From assembly GCF_000315625.1 (NCBI RefSeq), contig NW_005434650.1:229507-274981 (forward strand): 45,475 bases of DNA, given 5' to 3'. Below, in pieces: positions 43,001 through 45,475 of this stretch (positions are counted from its first letter, which is position 1; every line of letters begins with the position of its first letter). The stretch is from Guillardia theta CCMP2712 (lineage: Eukaryota > Protista > Cryptophyta). Made by a program: the position numbers and the translations under genes. The notes beneath the pieces are model-generated. The model saw only the letters and a program-made list of their open reading frames with translations, had not been told where the DNA came from and made no database searches.

Positions 43001-45063
43001 TCCTCTCACGGTCAGAGACTCCCGAGCCTCCCCCGCAACACACTTCTCGACCTGCTGCTGCTGCTGCTGCTCTTGCTGCTGCTGCTCTTGCTGCTGCTCT
43101 TGCTGCTGCTCTCTGTTCTCTGCTCTTTGCCTTCTACCAATCACTCTCCTCCTCCTTCCTTCAGGTCTTCGCGTCTCCTTGTAACTTCAGGAGCGTTCGT
43201 GGGGTCTGCCGCGGGTACCCCGAGGTTGACAACCAGAGCTCCCTCCAGCAGTGCCTGTTCCACCCCTTTCCCAGCTACTGCCCAGCTGGTTTGTGGCCCA
43301 ACATATCGGTGAGTGTGAAGAGGAACGAGTTTCTGGGGCAGAGGAGGGAGTGGAAGGGAGGAGCGAGGACAAAGGAGGAAGGGAGAGGGCTGCAGAGGAA
43401 GGAGGAGGAGCAGGACGGGGAGAAGGAGGAGGATGAGCAGGACGGGGAAGAGCAAAATGATGGGGAGGAGCAGGAGGAGGAGGTCGTGGTGGTCGTGGTG
43501 GTCGTAGAGTAGGAGGAGGGAGGAGGAGGAGTGAGGAGGAGGAGGAGGGGGAAGGGTGAGGGAGGAGGAGGAGGGTGAGGGTGAGGGGTTGCGAGTATCA
43601 AGGGGTGAACGATAGTGCAGGGGCTGCCGGGTGATGGACTGGGAGGAAACTATGACTTCTACTACGGATCGACGAGACTTGACGAAGAGAGAAGGACTGG
43701 AGTGAATCAGAGCTCACTACTAGGAAAGCTTGCGAACAAGTCACGGTGAAGGAGGAGGAGGAGGAGGAGGAGGAGGAGGAGGGAGGAGGGAGGAGGAGGA
43801 GGAGGGAGAGGGGGAGGGGGAAGAGGACAGAGCTGGGCTGTGGATGTGACTGTGTGTCAGTCTGTACCTCGATGCGGCTCACTGTGCCGTGGGATACACG
43901 GGAAGGTTCTGCAGCGAGTGCTCGCCAGGCTACTGGCGGATGTTGGATGGGACCTGCTCTACCTGCCCTAACGCTGCTTTCTTCCTAATGTACATTCCCC
44001 TTCCTGCTCCTCCTTCACCTCTTCCTCTCTGAGAGCACTTGATCCTTCCGCCGACTCCTTCTTCTGCTCCTTCTCTCCCTCCCCTTGCTCGACTCTACAG
44101 CTCTCTCGCCGTCTTCCTTCCTCTACGACTTCACCTCTCATCCCTGCTCGACCTGCTGCTTTGCCTTCTCTTCACTTCTCCTTCAGATATCTCATCTGGT
44201 TTTCCGTCGTTGTCTTCATCTTCATCTTGTTGGCCAACGTTGCGATCAGCGACAGTCACCTTGGAAGGATCGTCTTGTCACTTGGGCAGGCAATTCAGAT
44301 GTCTTTCTTTCTAGTTCCTTCCTCTGCCTCCTCCCTCTCCTCCCTCCCTCCCTCATTTTCCTTCTCCTCGCTCTGCTGGCCTTCCTACCTGCCTCCCTGT
44401 CTGTCTGTCTGTCGTTGATTTCTCGTCTTTCATCTCCTCCTCGTCCTCCTCTTTCCTCCTCCTCTTCTTATCGTTGGATGTTGCAGGAGCTTCACCTGCT
44501 CTCGCTGCTTCAGATCTCCTGGCCCCCGCACCTCAAATTGTTTCTCAGCTTCTTCAGCTTCTTCAACTTCAAGTGAGACCATCATGTTGGACGAGAACTC
44601 TCAGAAATTCTTGTCATGACATGGAGAACTTTTGCTGTCTTTGCACACAATCGCGCTCATCACGTGTTGAACTTCATCTTCAGTTTGGAGTTGCTCCCTT
44701 GGACTTGTTATGGGATTCCCCTGAGTTTCATGGACTCTTGGTTCCTGTCACTCTTCCTCCCTTACATTGTAAGATCCTCCTCTCCCTCGACGTCTTCTCT
44801 CTACTCCTCTTCTCCTCTCCTCGTCCTCTCCTCATCATTTCTTTTTTTCGCTCTTCACCTCTTCTCTCCTCTTCTTCTCCTTTCCTCCTCTCCTCCTCTA
44901 CTCTGTCTACTGCTTCTCCTCTCCTTCCTTTCCTTCCCTTCCCCTCCTCCTCCTCTTCCTCTTTCTCTTCGTCACCTGGGAGCAGTTGATTGCGGGAAAC
45001 ACCGTCTGGAACATGCTCCCCTACATCTTCACCACTCAACTTTACTTCGCCGCTCGTCATAAG
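37025..45063 (+). CDS. Giant secreted/membrane protein: LamG/pentraxin domain, cadherin/CSPG-like repeats, jelly-roll insert, GCC2/GCC3 (ephrin-receptor-like) Cys-rich repeats, multi-pass TM region; 3' end beyond window
   Basis: Hydrophobic leader (LCLGLCLLAASSTVDA). LamG/PTX: IYFDGYDDFAYV..LTITMWLK..ISDGQWHHLALSW..LYVDG..FAGFLDEIRMY. Repeated SLPxHGEL-type motifs. CPAGTF/CPPGSF/CPPGTFNPQQGSTTCSSCPPGTY. CAVGYTGRFCSECSPGY. Then TM segments YLIWFSVVVFIFILLANV, ISWPPHLKLFLSFFSFFNF and SWFLSLFLPYI. Exact start uncertain. Confidence 0.8.
37058..37130 (+). repeat. 24-bp tandem repeat (CTCCCTCGCCTCCTCCTTCTCCTC) x3 in the leader of the giant membrane protein
   Basis: Translates as LPRLLLLL x3 in the ORF track; could be coding, UTR or intronic. 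Confidence 0.8.
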
Positions 45064-45064
45064 G

Positions 45065-45097
<33 letters not shown>

Positions 45098-45113
45098 CGA
45101 TGATGATGATGAC

Positions 45114-45151
<38 letters not shown>

Positions 45152-45308
45152 CGATGATGATGGAGATGATGATGATGATGATGATGATGACGATGACGAC
45201 GATGATGATGGAGATGATGATGATGATGATGATGGAGATGATGATGATGATGATGATGATGGAGATGATGATGATGATGACGATGACGACGATGATGATG
45301 ATGACGAC

Positions 45309-45361
<53 letters not shown>

Positions 45362-45440
45362 CGATGACGACGATGATGATGATGATGATGGAGATGACGA
45401 TGGAGATGACGATGGAGATGACGATGGAGATGATGATGGA

Positions 45441-45475
<35 letters not shown>
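45064..45475. repeat. Long (GAT)n microsatellite interrupted by GAC and GGA triplets, probably intronic, runs off window end
   Basis: Begins at AAG|GTGATGATG, a plausible donor after exon ..FAARHK. Confidence 0.93.

Overview
Gene-dense, intron-rich eukaryotic nuclear DNA. It is most consistent with a cryptophyte alga (Guillardia-like). That is an inference from a chlorophyll a/c-type LHC with a bipartite AAA|F plastid presequence, 40-60 nt spliceosomal introns and microsatellite-inflated introns. Eleven protein-coding loci are supported, in order: a 5'-truncated hypothetical gene (+); a BTB-BACK-Kelch protein (-); an LHC antenna protein (+); a plastid-targeted BT1/FBT folate-biopterin transporter (-); an AGGF1-like OCRE/FHA/G-patch protein (+); an almost intronless DDX60-like Ski2-family helicase (-); a small Cys-rich membrane-anchored hypothetical protein (+); a C4C4-RING protein with MIU/UMI-like ubiquitin-binding helices (-); a six-TM cyclic-nucleotide-binding-domain cation channel with a TVGWGD filter and a C-terminal C2 domain (-); proteasome activator PA200/Blm10 (+); and a 3'-truncated giant surface protein (LamG/pentraxin, cadherin/CSPG-like repeats, Cys-rich repeats, multi-TM) (+). 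No rRNA, tRNA, CRISPR array or transposase/RT was recognised. The most interesting signals are the GWG-filter CNBD+C2 channel, the RNF168-like ligase architecture, and a recurring intergenic grammar. That grammar consists of strand-polarised GGGTA(G) arrays pointing at gene starts, plus a CCGGG/TGACT block followed by a TTGAC..ATAGATAT element. Exon boundaries were read by eye, and family assignments come from motif recognition, not database searches.
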